Positions 1-8,639 of a DNA stretch of 50,796 nt are shown piece by piece; position 1 is the stretch's first letter, and every line of letters begins with the position of its first letter. Both the position numbers and the translations under genes were made by a program. Source of the stretch: Desulfobacteraceae bacterium (GTDB taxonomy: Bacteria; Desulfobacterota; DSM-4660; Desulfatiglandales; B25-G16); NCBI GenBank assembly GCA_030615105.1, contig JAUWZV010000002.1, positions 1 through 50,796 on the forward strand, read 5' to 3'. The notes beneath the pieces are model-generated. The model searched no databases, had not been told where the DNA came from, and was given only the letters and a program-made list of their open reading frames with translations.

Positions 1-1
1 C

Positions 2-481
2 CCTAAAGATATACAGGCCAGGGAGGCCCTCTTTGATATCTATCAGAGGCAAAAAAGGAATGATTTTGCCTTTAATCAAGCCCTAGAACTCATCAAAGTT
101 CTCCCAAGGAAGATTTCCTACTATAGGTACATATTTAACTATCTTACAGCCCTTGACGAATTTGAACAATTAGCTAATTACATGCTTAAAGGTGTGAAGG
201 TAAATCCAAAAAATTTTGAATTACGCCAGTATCTAATTCTGGCCTACCTCAAATTGAAAAAAAATGAGTTAGCTGTAAAAGAAATTAAGCAAGCTCTGAA
301 GTTGAGGCCAAATAATACCAATCTACTCCACCAGCTTGCTAAGATAAAGGAAGTGGCAGGCAGCCTTGATCAAGCCTTACAAGTGTATAAAAGGATTCTT
401 GATATCTCCCCAGATGACGAAAAGGCCGAAGAGGCATATCTCAGGCTAAGGCTAAAACTATTGCATGAGGGAAAAAGGTAA
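2..481 (+). CDS. TPR-repeat protein, 5' end outside the window
   Basis: Frame 2 is open from base 2 to the stop at 479-481. It shows TPR-like helical repeats (LAYLKLKKNELAVKEIKQALKLRPNN; LDQALQVYKRILDISPDDEKAEEAY). It sits just upstream of the EPS export block. Confidence 0.7.
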   Translation, partial: PKDIQAREALFDIYQRQKRNDFAFNQALELIKVLPRKISYYRYIFNYLTALDEFEQLANYMLKGVKVNPKNFELRQYLILAYLKLKKNELAVKEIKQALKLRPNNTNLLHQLAKIKEVAGSLDQALQVYKRILDISPDDEKAEEAYLRLRLKLLHEGKR

Positions 482-1009
482 GTGATCATGGGGGATCAGG
501 TGCCAAAAGCTAATTTTTCTCACTCTTTGAATCTAACTTACATTATTTATTTCTCCTTAATAGTTCATTCTAAATTTCCAAGTAATGTCTTCTTTATTTT
601 TGATCGAATCTTAAATCAAATGAAATAATAACACAGCACGGCAAATTTAAAGAGGTGCTCAACATTATCACAACGTTCTTTTAAGAACAACCTTTCATTT
701 ACTTCTTATATCTCCCTTGATTATGTTTATACCTAGGATCTAGGATTTCCCTGAGAATTGTTCCGGGCCAAAAGTCTCTCCCTTTATTCATCTCGATAGA
801 TATGGAATCCAGGGCAGATATCATCACATGCCTTGAGGTTTTGAAATATGTCAAGAATAAAGATTTGAGGTCTCAATATCATTAAGTATGTACTTTTTTA
901 CTAAAAAGTGGAATTTTATTTCTTATTAAATTGGTATTTTCTTTCATATTATGCGCATAAACCCTGAGTGATGCTACTGCAACTATTTAAAATCTAAAGA
1001 GATAATAAA

Positions 1010-1026
1010 CGGCCTAAATTTTGCAT
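1010..1026 (+). promoter_or_regulatory. Candidate sigma54 (-24/-12) promoter for the EPS operon
   Basis: cGGCct-N5-TTGCAt: GG at 1011-1012 and GC at 1023-1024 have the exact spacing of the consensus TGGCAC-N5-TTGCW. It lies about 235 nt upstream of the first EPS gene. This is a motif match only. Confidence 0.3.
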
Positions 1027-1040
1027 GATTTTTGCATATA

Positions 1041-1081
1041 TTTAATTAATTAACCTTTAGTTTTAATTAATTAATCTTTAG
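1041..1081. repeat. Tandem 20/21-bp repeat, each unit holding the 12-bp palindrome TTAATTAATTAA
   Basis: tttaattaattaacctttag (1041-1060) is followed directly by ttttaattaattaatctttag (1061-1081). It lies in the long AT-rich leader upstream of the chain-length determinant gene. Confidence 0.8.
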
Positions 1082-1259
1082 ATGTGCATTTTCCACATAT
1101 CCAATTCACAAAGCTATACAGTAAGTCTGACTATTCAGATCGACATTGCATCCATGTGATATTGAATGATCCTCTGGTTACAAAATGCCGTGTGACTGAT
1201 AGATTTGATCATGGTCAACCCTTAGATAGGTCATTATTCCTAAAAGGCAGAAGAAAGAA

Positions 1260-2858
1260 ATGCAGGCACCAGAAACAACAAAAACATCCCTTAGAGATTT
1301 ATTATATGTGGTTTTCAAGCGAAAGAGTGTGATTCTGCTTTTTTTCACCGCCACCTTTTGCACCGTTACTATTGGTACGCTACTGATCAAGCCCACCTAC
1401 GAAGCCACATCTCAGATCCTAGTCAAGATTGGCAGGGAAGATCTCTATGTGCCGACGGTGCCGACCAGCGGCACCTCGGCCCCATCAATGAACATCAATC
1501 GCGAGTCACAGATGAACTCCGAGATTGAGATCATCAGGAGCCGATCTCTGACCGAAAAGGTGGTGGAGTTCCTGGGACCAACGGCTCTTTACAAAAACCC
1601 GAATGATAAGGACCAGAGTATTTTGAGGGGCTTTCTCCCAGGTGATCACGCCCTACAATCACCTGTTGAGAAAGCTATATTTAAGCTTCATAAGGCTCTC
1701 AAGAAGGGTAAGCGGATTATGATAAGCTTTCTTCTAAGAGCTCAAGCCCAGCTATCGCCCATGGAGAAAGCTGTATTGAAGTTTCAGAAGGATCTCACGG
1801 TCGAAGGGGTCAGGAAATCAAACGTGATCGAGATAAGGTTTAAACATAAGGACCCGCAAATGGCCGCCACCGTGGTCAACAAACTTATCAACCTGTATAT
1901 GGACCGCCACCTTCACGTTCATAAGAACCCACAATCCTACACGTTCTTCCAGCAGCAATTCCAGACTTTTAAAAACAAACTGCGCCAGGCCGAAGAAAGG
2001 CTTAAGGCCTTTAAGAAACGGCACGGCATCACCTCCATCGATGAGGAACGAAGCCTTCTCCTTAGACAGGAATCTGACCTTGGAGCCGCATTGAACCAAA
2101 CTCTGAGCCAGGAAGCCGAGACTGAAAACCGAGTTCTCCGAATTCGCCAGCAGCTGGCCACCACACCAAAAACCATTCCACATGGAGAAGAGATTGAACA
2201 TAATCGCCTTTTGATCAACACCCTTGAGACACGTCTAGTTGAGCTGGAGCTCGAGGAGAAGGAACTGCTCTCCAAGTATACTGAGCAGAACCGCCTGGTC
2301 CAGAATGTCAGAGGTGAAATCCACATAGTCCAAGAGAGGCTAGCCGAGCAGGAGAGCAAACGCTACGAAAAGAGCAGCTCTGGGCTGAATGTGACTTACC
2401 AGCGTCTAAAAGAAGAGCTTTTCCGAAATGAAGCCGAGCTGGATGCCTTGAAAGGCAAGAAGGAAACCCAGAGTGCACAGCTTGCTGACTACCAGAGAAG
2501 CCTCGAAAGACTCAACCGAAGCGAGTTGAGGCTCAACCAGTTCCAGCATGGGATAGATAGCGCTCGGCAAAACTACAAACTCTACCTGACCAAGTTCGAA
2601 GAGGCCCGGATCTCCAATGCTATGGACACGGAAAAGATAGCCAACGTCAGCGTGATTGAGCCAGCACAACCGCCGCTCAAGCCCGTGAGCCCAAAGGTCT
2701 TGTTGAACATAGTGCTTGGCGTCCTCCTGGGGGCGTTTGGAGCTATCGGGCTGGCCTTTTTTATGGAATATCTTGATGATAGCCTGGAGAGGACCGAGGA
2801 TGTTGAAGATTATCTCAAGCTACCCGTTCTGGCCTCAATACCGGAGTTAAAGAAATAG
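1260..2858 (+). CDS. Polysaccharide chain-length determinant (Wzz/GumC/EpsF-type)
   Basis: 532 aa. It has an N-terminal Wzz-type segment with a TM helix (SVILLFFTATFCTVTIGTLLIKPTYEATSQILV), a long coiled-coil middle and a second TM helix near the C-terminus (VLLNIVLGVLLGAFGAIGLAFF). Confidence 0.85.
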   Translation: MQAPETTKTSLRDLLYVVFKRKSVILLFFTATFCTVTIGTLLIKPTYEATSQILVKIGREDLYVPTVPTSGTSAPSMNINRESQMNSEIEIIRSRSLTEKVVEFLGPTALYKNPNDKDQSILRGFLPGDHALQSPVEKAIFKLHKALKKGKRIMISFLLRAQAQLSPMEKAVLKFQKDLTVEGVRKSNVIEIRFKHKDPQMAATVVNKLINLYMDRHLHVHKNPQSYTFFQQQFQTFKNKLRQAEERLKAFKKRHGITSIDEERSLLLRQESDLGAALNQTLSQEAETENRVLRIRQQLATTPKTIPHGEEIEHNRLLINTLETRLVELELEEKELLSKYTEQNRLVQNVRGEIHIVQERLAEQESKRYEKSSSGLNVTYQRLKEELFRNEAELDALKGKKETQSAQLADYQRSLERLNRSELRLNQFQHGIDSARQNYKLYLTKFEEARISNAMDTEKIANVSVIEPAQPPLKPVSPKVLLNIVLGVLLGAFGAIGLAFFMEYLDDSLERTEDVEDYLKLPVLASIPELKK

Positions 2859-3055
2859 TTTTATTGGTTCATCTGGTTCAATTGGATTTGCGGATTTAGG
2901 TGGTTTGATGAGCGGGATTAATTTTATCGATTCTAGTCGCTATGATTATTGAAAAAAAGAACTTGCTATTACCTAGTCCAGGCCTTCACTTCAAACAAGA
3001 GTGTGGTGAGGAGAAAGAATGTGACCAATAAAACCAATTGAACAAGGTATTGCTC

Positions 3056-4417
3056 ATGTATTGCAACTTTTTTGGATTTTCTGAAAGGCCCTTTGATTTG
3101 ACGCCGGACCCTAAGTTTCTCTACCTGAGCCGTTGTCATGTGGAGATGCTCGCTGCCCTTACCTACGGGATTCACGAACGGCGTGGATTTATCACAATGG
3201 TAGGCGAGGTGGGCACAGGCAAGACCTTGCTGCTCAATACCGTACTGGATCGACTCGATAAGAACACTAAAGTGGCCTACATTTTCAACACCGACCTGAC
3301 CTTTAGGCAAATGTTGATCACGGCCATTGTCGACTTGGGGCTGGCAAAGTCAGTAAAGAGCATATCTAAGGACCAAGCGCTCCATCGGCTGAACGACTTT
3401 GCCATCCGGCAACTGCCTTTAGGCGGCAATGTGGTGCTTATTGTGGATGAGGCCCAGAATTTGAAACAACGTTCTATGGAAAACTTACGGCTTATTTCTA
3501 ACCTGGAAACCCACAAGCACAAATTAGTCCAGATTGTCCTTTCCGGCCAACCAGAATTGGACACCAAGCTGAACCAGCCTGAATTGAGGCAGCTCGCCCA
3601 AAGGATCAGTCTCAAGCGCTATATCACTGCCCTCAATGAAAAAGAGACATACGAGTACATACGGCATCGCCTGAGAATTGCAAACTATAAGGGTCCATCC
3701 CTCTTTAATCGAAGGACACAACAATTGATCTGGGAATATTCCGGGGGAGTGCCGCGAAAGATCAATGTCCTCTGCGACAATGCCCTCCTGATCGGTTATG
3801 GATTAAGGAAAAAGAAAATCGATGCAGACGTGGTGAAGGAAGCTATTAACGATCTCAGCTGGAGCCCCTATTCTAGAACTATTGAGACCCAAGCTGCGAT
3901 TACCATGGAGCAGCAGGCCCCACAGTTAAAAACAAGCGCTTCTCGACGTCGCCTCGCCTTAGCTGCAAGTTTGGTGCTCGCCGCCAGCCTCATTCTTTTC
4001 GTGGTGCTTCTCTTTGGAAATCCACGCCTCAAACTCCAAGAGTGGGGATCTTTTCTGCCTCGTGCTCTAATTCGAGCCTTGTCCACAAGCGAGACGGAGA
4101 GCACCGATCAATCTTCCACATCTATCGTCGATCAACTTCATGGCTCTCAGAACCCGGATGGGATGCCGGTGCAAACACAGAAAGAGGGTCCAGCTGTGAA
4201 TCCAGAGGCAGTTGCAGGAGAAAGGGATGAGGCCCTGCCCGATCAATCAAGGGTTGTGATCGCCAAGCCAGGGGACAGTCTATTTAGTATCATCATTCGG
4301 ACTTACGGGAAATATGACGGGGCCATATTAAATGCTGTGCTCAACGAAAATCCTGAGCTACTAAGTCCAGATAAGATTCCCGTGGGGCAGGTCATCAAAA
4401 TACCGAAGGTTGACTGA
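3056..4417 (+). CDS. ExeA/GspA-like AAA ATPase with central TM segment and C-terminal LysM-like domain (PEP-CTERM-locus secretion ATPase type)
   Basis: The ATG at 3056 gives MYCNFFGFSERPFDLTPDPKFLY, a typical ExeA N-terminus. Walker A is GEVGTGKT and Walker B is LIVDEAQNL. A TM helix (LALAASLVLAASLILFVVLLF) and a LysM-like end (VIAKPGDSLFSII...GQVIKIP) follow. The ORF track start at 3038 is a TTG. Confidence 0.85.
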   Translation: MYCNFFGFSERPFDLTPDPKFLYLSRCHVEMLAALTYGIHERRGFITMVGEVGTGKTLLLNTVLDRLDKNTKVAYIFNTDLTFRQMLITAIVDLGLAKSVKSISKDQALHRLNDFAIRQLPLGGNVVLIVDEAQNLKQRSMENLRLISNLETHKHKLVQIVLSGQPELDTKLNQPELRQLAQRISLKRYITALNEKETYEYIRHRLRIANYKGPSLFNRRTQQLIWEYSGGVPRKINVLCDNALLIGYGLRKKKIDADVVKEAINDLSWSPYSRTIETQAAITMEQQAPQLKTSASRRRLALAASLVLAASLILFVVLLFGNPRLKLQEWGSFLPRALIRALSTSETESTDQSSTSIVDQLHGSQNPDGMPVQTQKEGPAVNPEAVAGERDEALPDQSRVVIAKPGDSLFSIIIRTYGKYDGAILNAVLNENPELLSPDKIPVGQVIKIPKVD

Positions 4418-4515
4418 TTAGCTTGATTGGTTTGATATGATAGGTTTAATTGTGTTGGTTGAAGTGAAATAAACAGTTCAAATTAAGCCAAAAGATCATG
4501 CTTTAGGAGAGCACA

Positions 4516-5259
4516 ATGGGAAGAACGCATGAGGCCCTTAAAAGGGCTGAAAAAGAGTATCAGGAGAACCTCCTGGGTGCTTTACGCGAACCGCTACCTA
4601 AATGGGTGACCCCTTCCAAATGGGCCTCGAATCATACTGCCATAGAGTGGTATGAGGATCTCAAGACCAATTTATTAACCCGCTACCCCGATAGATCCAT
4701 TAAAACCATTCTGTTCAACGGCACCCAACATGGGGGCGGATGCTCCACAACAGCAGTCAACTTCGCAACTGCCTTGGCCAAGAATTCCAAGCTCAAGGTG
4801 CTCCTGGTCGATGTGAATCTGAGAACTCCTAGCCTCCACGAGGTCTTCAAAATCGATCACACACATGGTCTGTCTGATTTTTCTGCCAATAGTGATTCGA
4901 TGGCAGATCAGATCAAGAAAGTCGGGCCAGGGAATCTTTATGTGCTCACCTCCGGCGGGAACTATTCCATTCCCCTTGGCCTTTTTGAATCCAGTGAGTT
5001 CGACCAATTTCTCAAAACAGTCCGTAAGAAGTTTGACTACATCATCCTGGACGCACCACCGATACCTCGATTTTCGGAGTGCCGGATCCTCGCCCGCAAG
5101 GCTGATGGCGTGGTTCTAGTGCTCGAGGCAGGAAAGATTCGGCGGCAGGTTGCACTCAATGCCAAAAAAGCAATAGAAGACGCTGGGGGAAAGCTTCTGG
5201 GAGTTGTTCTCAACAGGAAGAAGCACTACATCCCGAAATGGATATACAGACGAATATAA
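4516..5259 (+). CDS. BY-kinase-like (CpsD/CapB/EpsG family) P-loop ATPase with degenerate Walker A
   Basis: MinD/ParA-type fold. It carries KVLLVDVNLRTPSL (Walker A' region) and YIILDAPPI (Walker B). The P-loop reads GTQHGGGCSTT where the family has GEGKS/T. A good RBS (aggag) precedes the ATG. Confidence 0.75.
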   Translation: MGRTHEALKRAEKEYQENLLGALREPLPKWVTPSKWASNHTAIEWYEDLKTNLLTRYPDRSIKTILFNGTQHGGGCSTTAVNFATALAKNSKLKVLLVDVNLRTPSLHEVFKIDHTHGLSDFSANSDSMADQIKKVGPGNLYVLTSGGNYSIPLGLFESSEFDQFLKTVRKKFDYIILDAPPIPRFSECRILARKADGVVLVLEAGKIRRQVALNAKKAIEDAGGKLLGVVLNRKKHYIPKWIYRRI

Positions 5260-5332
5260 CCTAAAACTCCTAAGGAGAAAGTAATAATATCCTTCATCCT
5301 TTGACCTTAAAAGGGGAAAAAGACTGGTGAAC

Positions 5333-6058
5333 ATGAAAAAAATTTATGTTATTTTTGCTTTGGCAATAGTTATCCTTGCTATGCTTTTAGGGTGTGTTTC
5401 GCAGAATGCTGTGTTGAAATACGAACCTCCCCCCGTAGCAACTGCACCTCAGGAACCACCAGAGTATTTCATCCAACCAGGCGATGAATTGGATATCAAG
5501 TTCTTCTACAACCCAATCCTCAATGAGACTATCGTAGTGCGACCTGACGGAAAGATCTCTCTTCAATTGGTTGACGAGGTCCGGGCAGCAGGCCTCACCC
5601 CTGCCCAGCTGGATGATGTGCTCACCCAGAAATATGCCAAGGAGCTGAAAAAACCCGCAGTCACGGTCATTGTCAGATCCTTTACAGGGTGGCAGGTCTA
5701 TGTGGGGGGGGAGGTCAACACTCCAGGGCTCATCAATCTCGCTGTCGGCATGACCGCCCTACAGGCCGTGATCAATGCAGGAGGACTCAGGGAGACAGCT
5801 GAACCAGCAGGTGCGATTGTCATCAGAAAGGGGAGGGATAACAAGCCTATCCCATTTCGGGTAGATTTGAATGCGACGATATACGGGAAGGGAGACACAT
5901 CCAACTTCCAGCTAAAGCCCTCCGATATTGTCTACGTACCCAAGTCATCTATCGCTAAGGCAAACAAATTTGTGAACCAGTATATTGAGCGGCTGCTGCT
6001 TTTTCGCGGCATTAACTTTGGCTTTTCATATGAGGTCCATGCTGCCGAGCCAAAATAG
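5333..6058 (+). CDS. Polysaccharide export lipoprotein (Wza/Poly_export + SLBB type)
   Basis: Lipoprotein-type signal MKKIYVIFALAIVILAMLLGC. Poly_export signature IQPGDELDIKFF...VVRPDGKISLQLVDEVRAAGLTPAQLDDVL. The track start at 5327 is a GTG two codons upstream. Confidence 0.85.
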   Translation: MKKIYVIFALAIVILAMLLGCVSQNAVLKYEPPPVATAPQEPPEYFIQPGDELDIKFFYNPILNETIVVRPDGKISLQLVDEVRAAGLTPAQLDDVLTQKYAKELKKPAVTVIVRSFTGWQVYVGGEVNTPGLINLAVGMTALQAVINAGGLRETAEPAGAIVIRKGRDNKPIPFRVDLNATIYGKGDTSNFQLKPSDIVYVPKSSIAKANKFVNQYIERLLLFRGINFGFSYEVHAAEPK

Positions 6059-6203
6059 CAGTATTGGGGCTGATGGGTTAAAGTTTGAAGATCACTCTGT
6101 TTGAAGTAGAGGTATTAGAGGTAGTAGTATAATTAGCTCTTTTTTGACACATGCCTTGTACAAAAAACGTGCCGTTTTTTTTAGAAATTAAGGAGATATT
6201 TTT

Positions 6204-7394
6204 ATGACGAGGCCTGGTAGCTGTCTTAATCCACTAACTCGCTTTCAGGAAAAGGGAGGATACGTGGAGGGCATTTATCCTGTCAAAGAATTCCACGCCG
6301 TTCTTAGGCGTGAGCGCGCACGCTCAGACCGCACTGGTGGTAGGTTATCGCTCATTATTTTCGACATGGGCGATAGGCATACGGACCAAACTGCTGCGCG
6401 TCGCCTGGCGCATATCCTCACCCAGCGAATGCGATCAATAGATGAAATGGGATGGTTCGACACATGGCGCCTCGGTGTCGTCCTGCCCGATACACCTGCT
6501 GAGGGTGCTTCGAAGCTTGCCAACGATATATGTCAGAAATTTACTATTAAAAATAAAATGGTGTTCCCTATCTTCAAGATTTATACATACCCCTCAGATT
6601 GGTTGCCCGGATTTAAGGAGAATCCCCCAAATCATCCATCCGTAAAGACCGACCTCGACGGAAGTGTTCCGTCTGCGACACAGTCAGACAAAGCCAAAAT
6701 CTTGAACTGCAACAGCCTCATAGAGGGACTTGAGCCTCTCTTGGTCAAGCAGATGCCTGCTTGGAAGCGCGGGATAGATATTCTCGGGTCAGTATTTGGG
6801 CTCGTTCTTCTATTTCCGGTGTTTTTGCTTATCTCCATCGTAATCAAAATCGTATCACCCGGCCCAGTTTTCTTCAAACAGAAAAGAGTGGGATACTTGG
6901 GTAAGCCTTTCAATTGCTTGAAGTTTCGTACTATGCATCCAAATGCAAATTCATTTGCATATGAACAGCATCTAAGTGAATGTATCAACAGTGATAATCC
7001 CTTTAACAAATTGGATAATGATGATTCTCGAATTATGCCCTTTGGAAAACTATTACGCAAAACTAGCCTAGATGAAGTGCCCCAACTCCTCAATGTACTT
7101 CGAGGTGAAATGAGCCTAGTTGGGCCTCGTCCAGATGTCCCTTATTCGGTGCAGCGTTACACCCAGTGGCACCACAACCGATTAGATACTTTTCCCGGAC
7201 TGACTGGTCTCTGGCAAGTAAGTGGAAAGAACAGAACGACCTTCAAGGAAATGATTCGCTTGGACATCACTTATACTCAGCAAAGATCATTTTGGTTAGA
7301 TTTTAAGATATTACTGAAAACCGTACCCGTCATTATCACTCAAGCTTTCGATTCTTTGTTAAAACGAAAAGATGAAGAACATGCTTACATTTAA
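6204..7394 (+). CDS. Priming phosphoglycosyl (bacterial sugar) transferase with N-terminal degenerate GGDEF-like domain
   Basis: The C-terminal half has the bacterial sugar transferase signature (SPGPVFFKQKRVG...KFRTM...DEVPQLLNVLRGEMSLVGPRP) after one hydrophobic helix. The N-terminal ~120 aa align to the GGDEF fold (LSLIIFDM...RSIDEMGWFDTWRLGVVLPDT). A strong RBS (aaggag) is present. Confidence 0.85.
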   Translation: MTRPGSCLNPLTRFQEKGGYVEGIYPVKEFHAVLRRERARSDRTGGRLSLIIFDMGDRHTDQTAARRLAHILTQRMRSIDEMGWFDTWRLGVVLPDTPAEGASKLANDICQKFTIKNKMVFPIFKIYTYPSDWLPGFKENPPNHPSVKTDLDGSVPSATQSDKAKILNCNSLIEGLEPLLVKQMPAWKRGIDILGSVFGLVLLFPVFLLISIVIKIVSPGPVFFKQKRVGYLGKPFNCLKFRTMHPNANSFAYEQHLSECINSDNPFNKLDNDDSRIMPFGKLLRKTSLDEVPQLLNVLRGEMSLVGPRPDVPYSVQRYTQWHHNRLDTFPGLTGLWQVSGKNRTTFKEMIRLDITYTQQRSFWLDFKILLKTVPVIITQAFDSLLKRKDEEHAYI

Positions 7395-7532
7395 GTAATT
7401 TATAATATTAACCTGTAGATACTTGATCATTATTATCAATGATAAAGAAGATTGCTAATTAGAAGAGCAATAGTTCAAATCAGTCATTTGACTCAAAGAT
7501 AACTGCATCAAAAATATCTTTGGAGGTGAAAA

Positions 7533-8549
7533 ATGATGCAAAGAGTTCTTAACATCGCGGTAGTAGGCTTTGGCTATTGGGGGCCGAATATAGTAAGAAA
7601 TTTTCATGCCATTGAAGGCACCCGGGTCATTTCGGTTTGTGACAGAGAATCAACTGCCCTAAAACGCGTCAAAAAGTCTTATCCCAGTATACAAACATCT
7701 ACCGATTTTAATAAAATAATATATTCTCCGGACATCGACGCAGTCGCTATTGTTACACCAGTCTCTGCGCATTATGAATTGGCCAAAAAGGCCCTTGAAA
7801 ATGGAAAGCACATTTTTGTGGAAAAGCCCTTTACATCTACAGTTGCCCAAGCAGAAAAATTGATAGAACTGGCAGATAAAAAGAATCTTAAAATTATGGT
7901 TGATCATACGTTCCTTTTTACCGGCGCTGTTAGAAAAATAAAGGAATTAGTTGATAATGATATATTGGGAGATTTGTATTATTACGATTCCATGAGAGTA
8001 AATCTGGGGCTTTTTCAGCATGACATTAATGTAATCTGGGACCTCGTGCCACATGATCTATCCATAATGGATTTCCTCATCGATGAGAAAGTTGACGCCA
8101 TTATAGCTAGTGGCAAACCACATTTTGGCAATGAACTCGAGGACATCGCCTTCATTACGGTCTATTTTACTAACAACATAATTGCCCACTTTAATGTCAA
8201 CTGGCTATCCCCAGTTAAAGTTAGAACAACACTTATAGGTGGTGAGAAAAGGATGCTAGTCTGGAATGATTTGGATGCAGATGAAAAAATTAAGGTATAT
8301 GACAAAGGTGTGAAAGTTGAGAATAATGAAGGTATATATAATTTACTTGTAAGTTATCGATCCGGTGATATGTGGGCGCCTAAAGTAGAGCAAACCGAAG
8401 CTCTAAGAGCTGAAGCAGAATATTTTGTTGATTGTATCCTAAATGATAAGACTCCATTTAATGATGGGCATGCTGGTTTGAGAGTAATAAAAATGTTAGA
8501 GGCATCTAATAAATCATTAAAGAATGAAGGAAAAATGGTTAAATTATAA
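7533..8549 (+). CDS. Gfo/Idh/MocA-family NAD-dependent sugar oxidoreductase (WbpB/WlbA-like UDP-sugar 3-dehydrogenase)
   Basis: N-terminal Rossmann motif IAVVGFGYWGPN and the EKP motif (VEKPFTS). It is adjacent to an LbH acetyltransferase and a DegT aminotransferase. Confidence 0.8.
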   Translation: MMQRVLNIAVVGFGYWGPNIVRNFHAIEGTRVISVCDRESTALKRVKKSYPSIQTSTDFNKIIYSPDIDAVAIVTPVSAHYELAKKALENGKHIFVEKPFTSTVAQAEKLIELADKKNLKIMVDHTFLFTGAVRKIKELVDNDILGDLYYYDSMRVNLGLFQHDINVIWDLVPHDLSIMDFLIDEKVDAIIASGKPHFGNELEDIAFITVYFTNNIIAHFNVNWLSPVKVRTTLIGGEKRMLVWNDLDADEKIKVYDKGVKVENNEGIYNLLVSYRSGDMWAPKVEQTEALRAEAEYFVDCILNDKTPFNDGHAGLRVIKMLEASNKSLKNEGKMVKL

Positions 8550-8639
8550 GATTCAACATTATCTGGCCAAGTCTTAATTATAATTTAATTCAAAATCAAA
8601 AACAGAAAGATATTTGCCGATATAAAGGTAATAAGCAAG

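Noticed and set aside
1041-1081. Tandem repeat as a CRISPR array or other array
   Set aside because: There are only two directly abutting units, no spacers, and no cas genes in the window.
482-1259. JUMPStart/ops (GGCGGTAG) antitermination element upstream of the EPS operon
   Set aside because: I looked for it on the plus strand of the leader and did not see it.
1084-1332. 82-aa ORF overlapping the start of the chain-length determinant gene
   Set aside because: It has no RBS and an odd composition, and it runs across the better-supported ATG at 1260. I treat the region as leader sequence.
1818-2359. Two minus-strand ORFs (127 and 140 aa) inside the chain-length determinant gene
   Set aside because: They are antisense shadow ORFs within a well-supported plus-strand gene. 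They are low-complexity, Ser/Leu/Arg-rich, and show no recognisable motif or RBS. The same reasoning applies to the many other antisense ORFs in the track (for example 3277-3615, 6632-7093, 13051-13443, 24293-24652, 26165-26687, 29084-29470).
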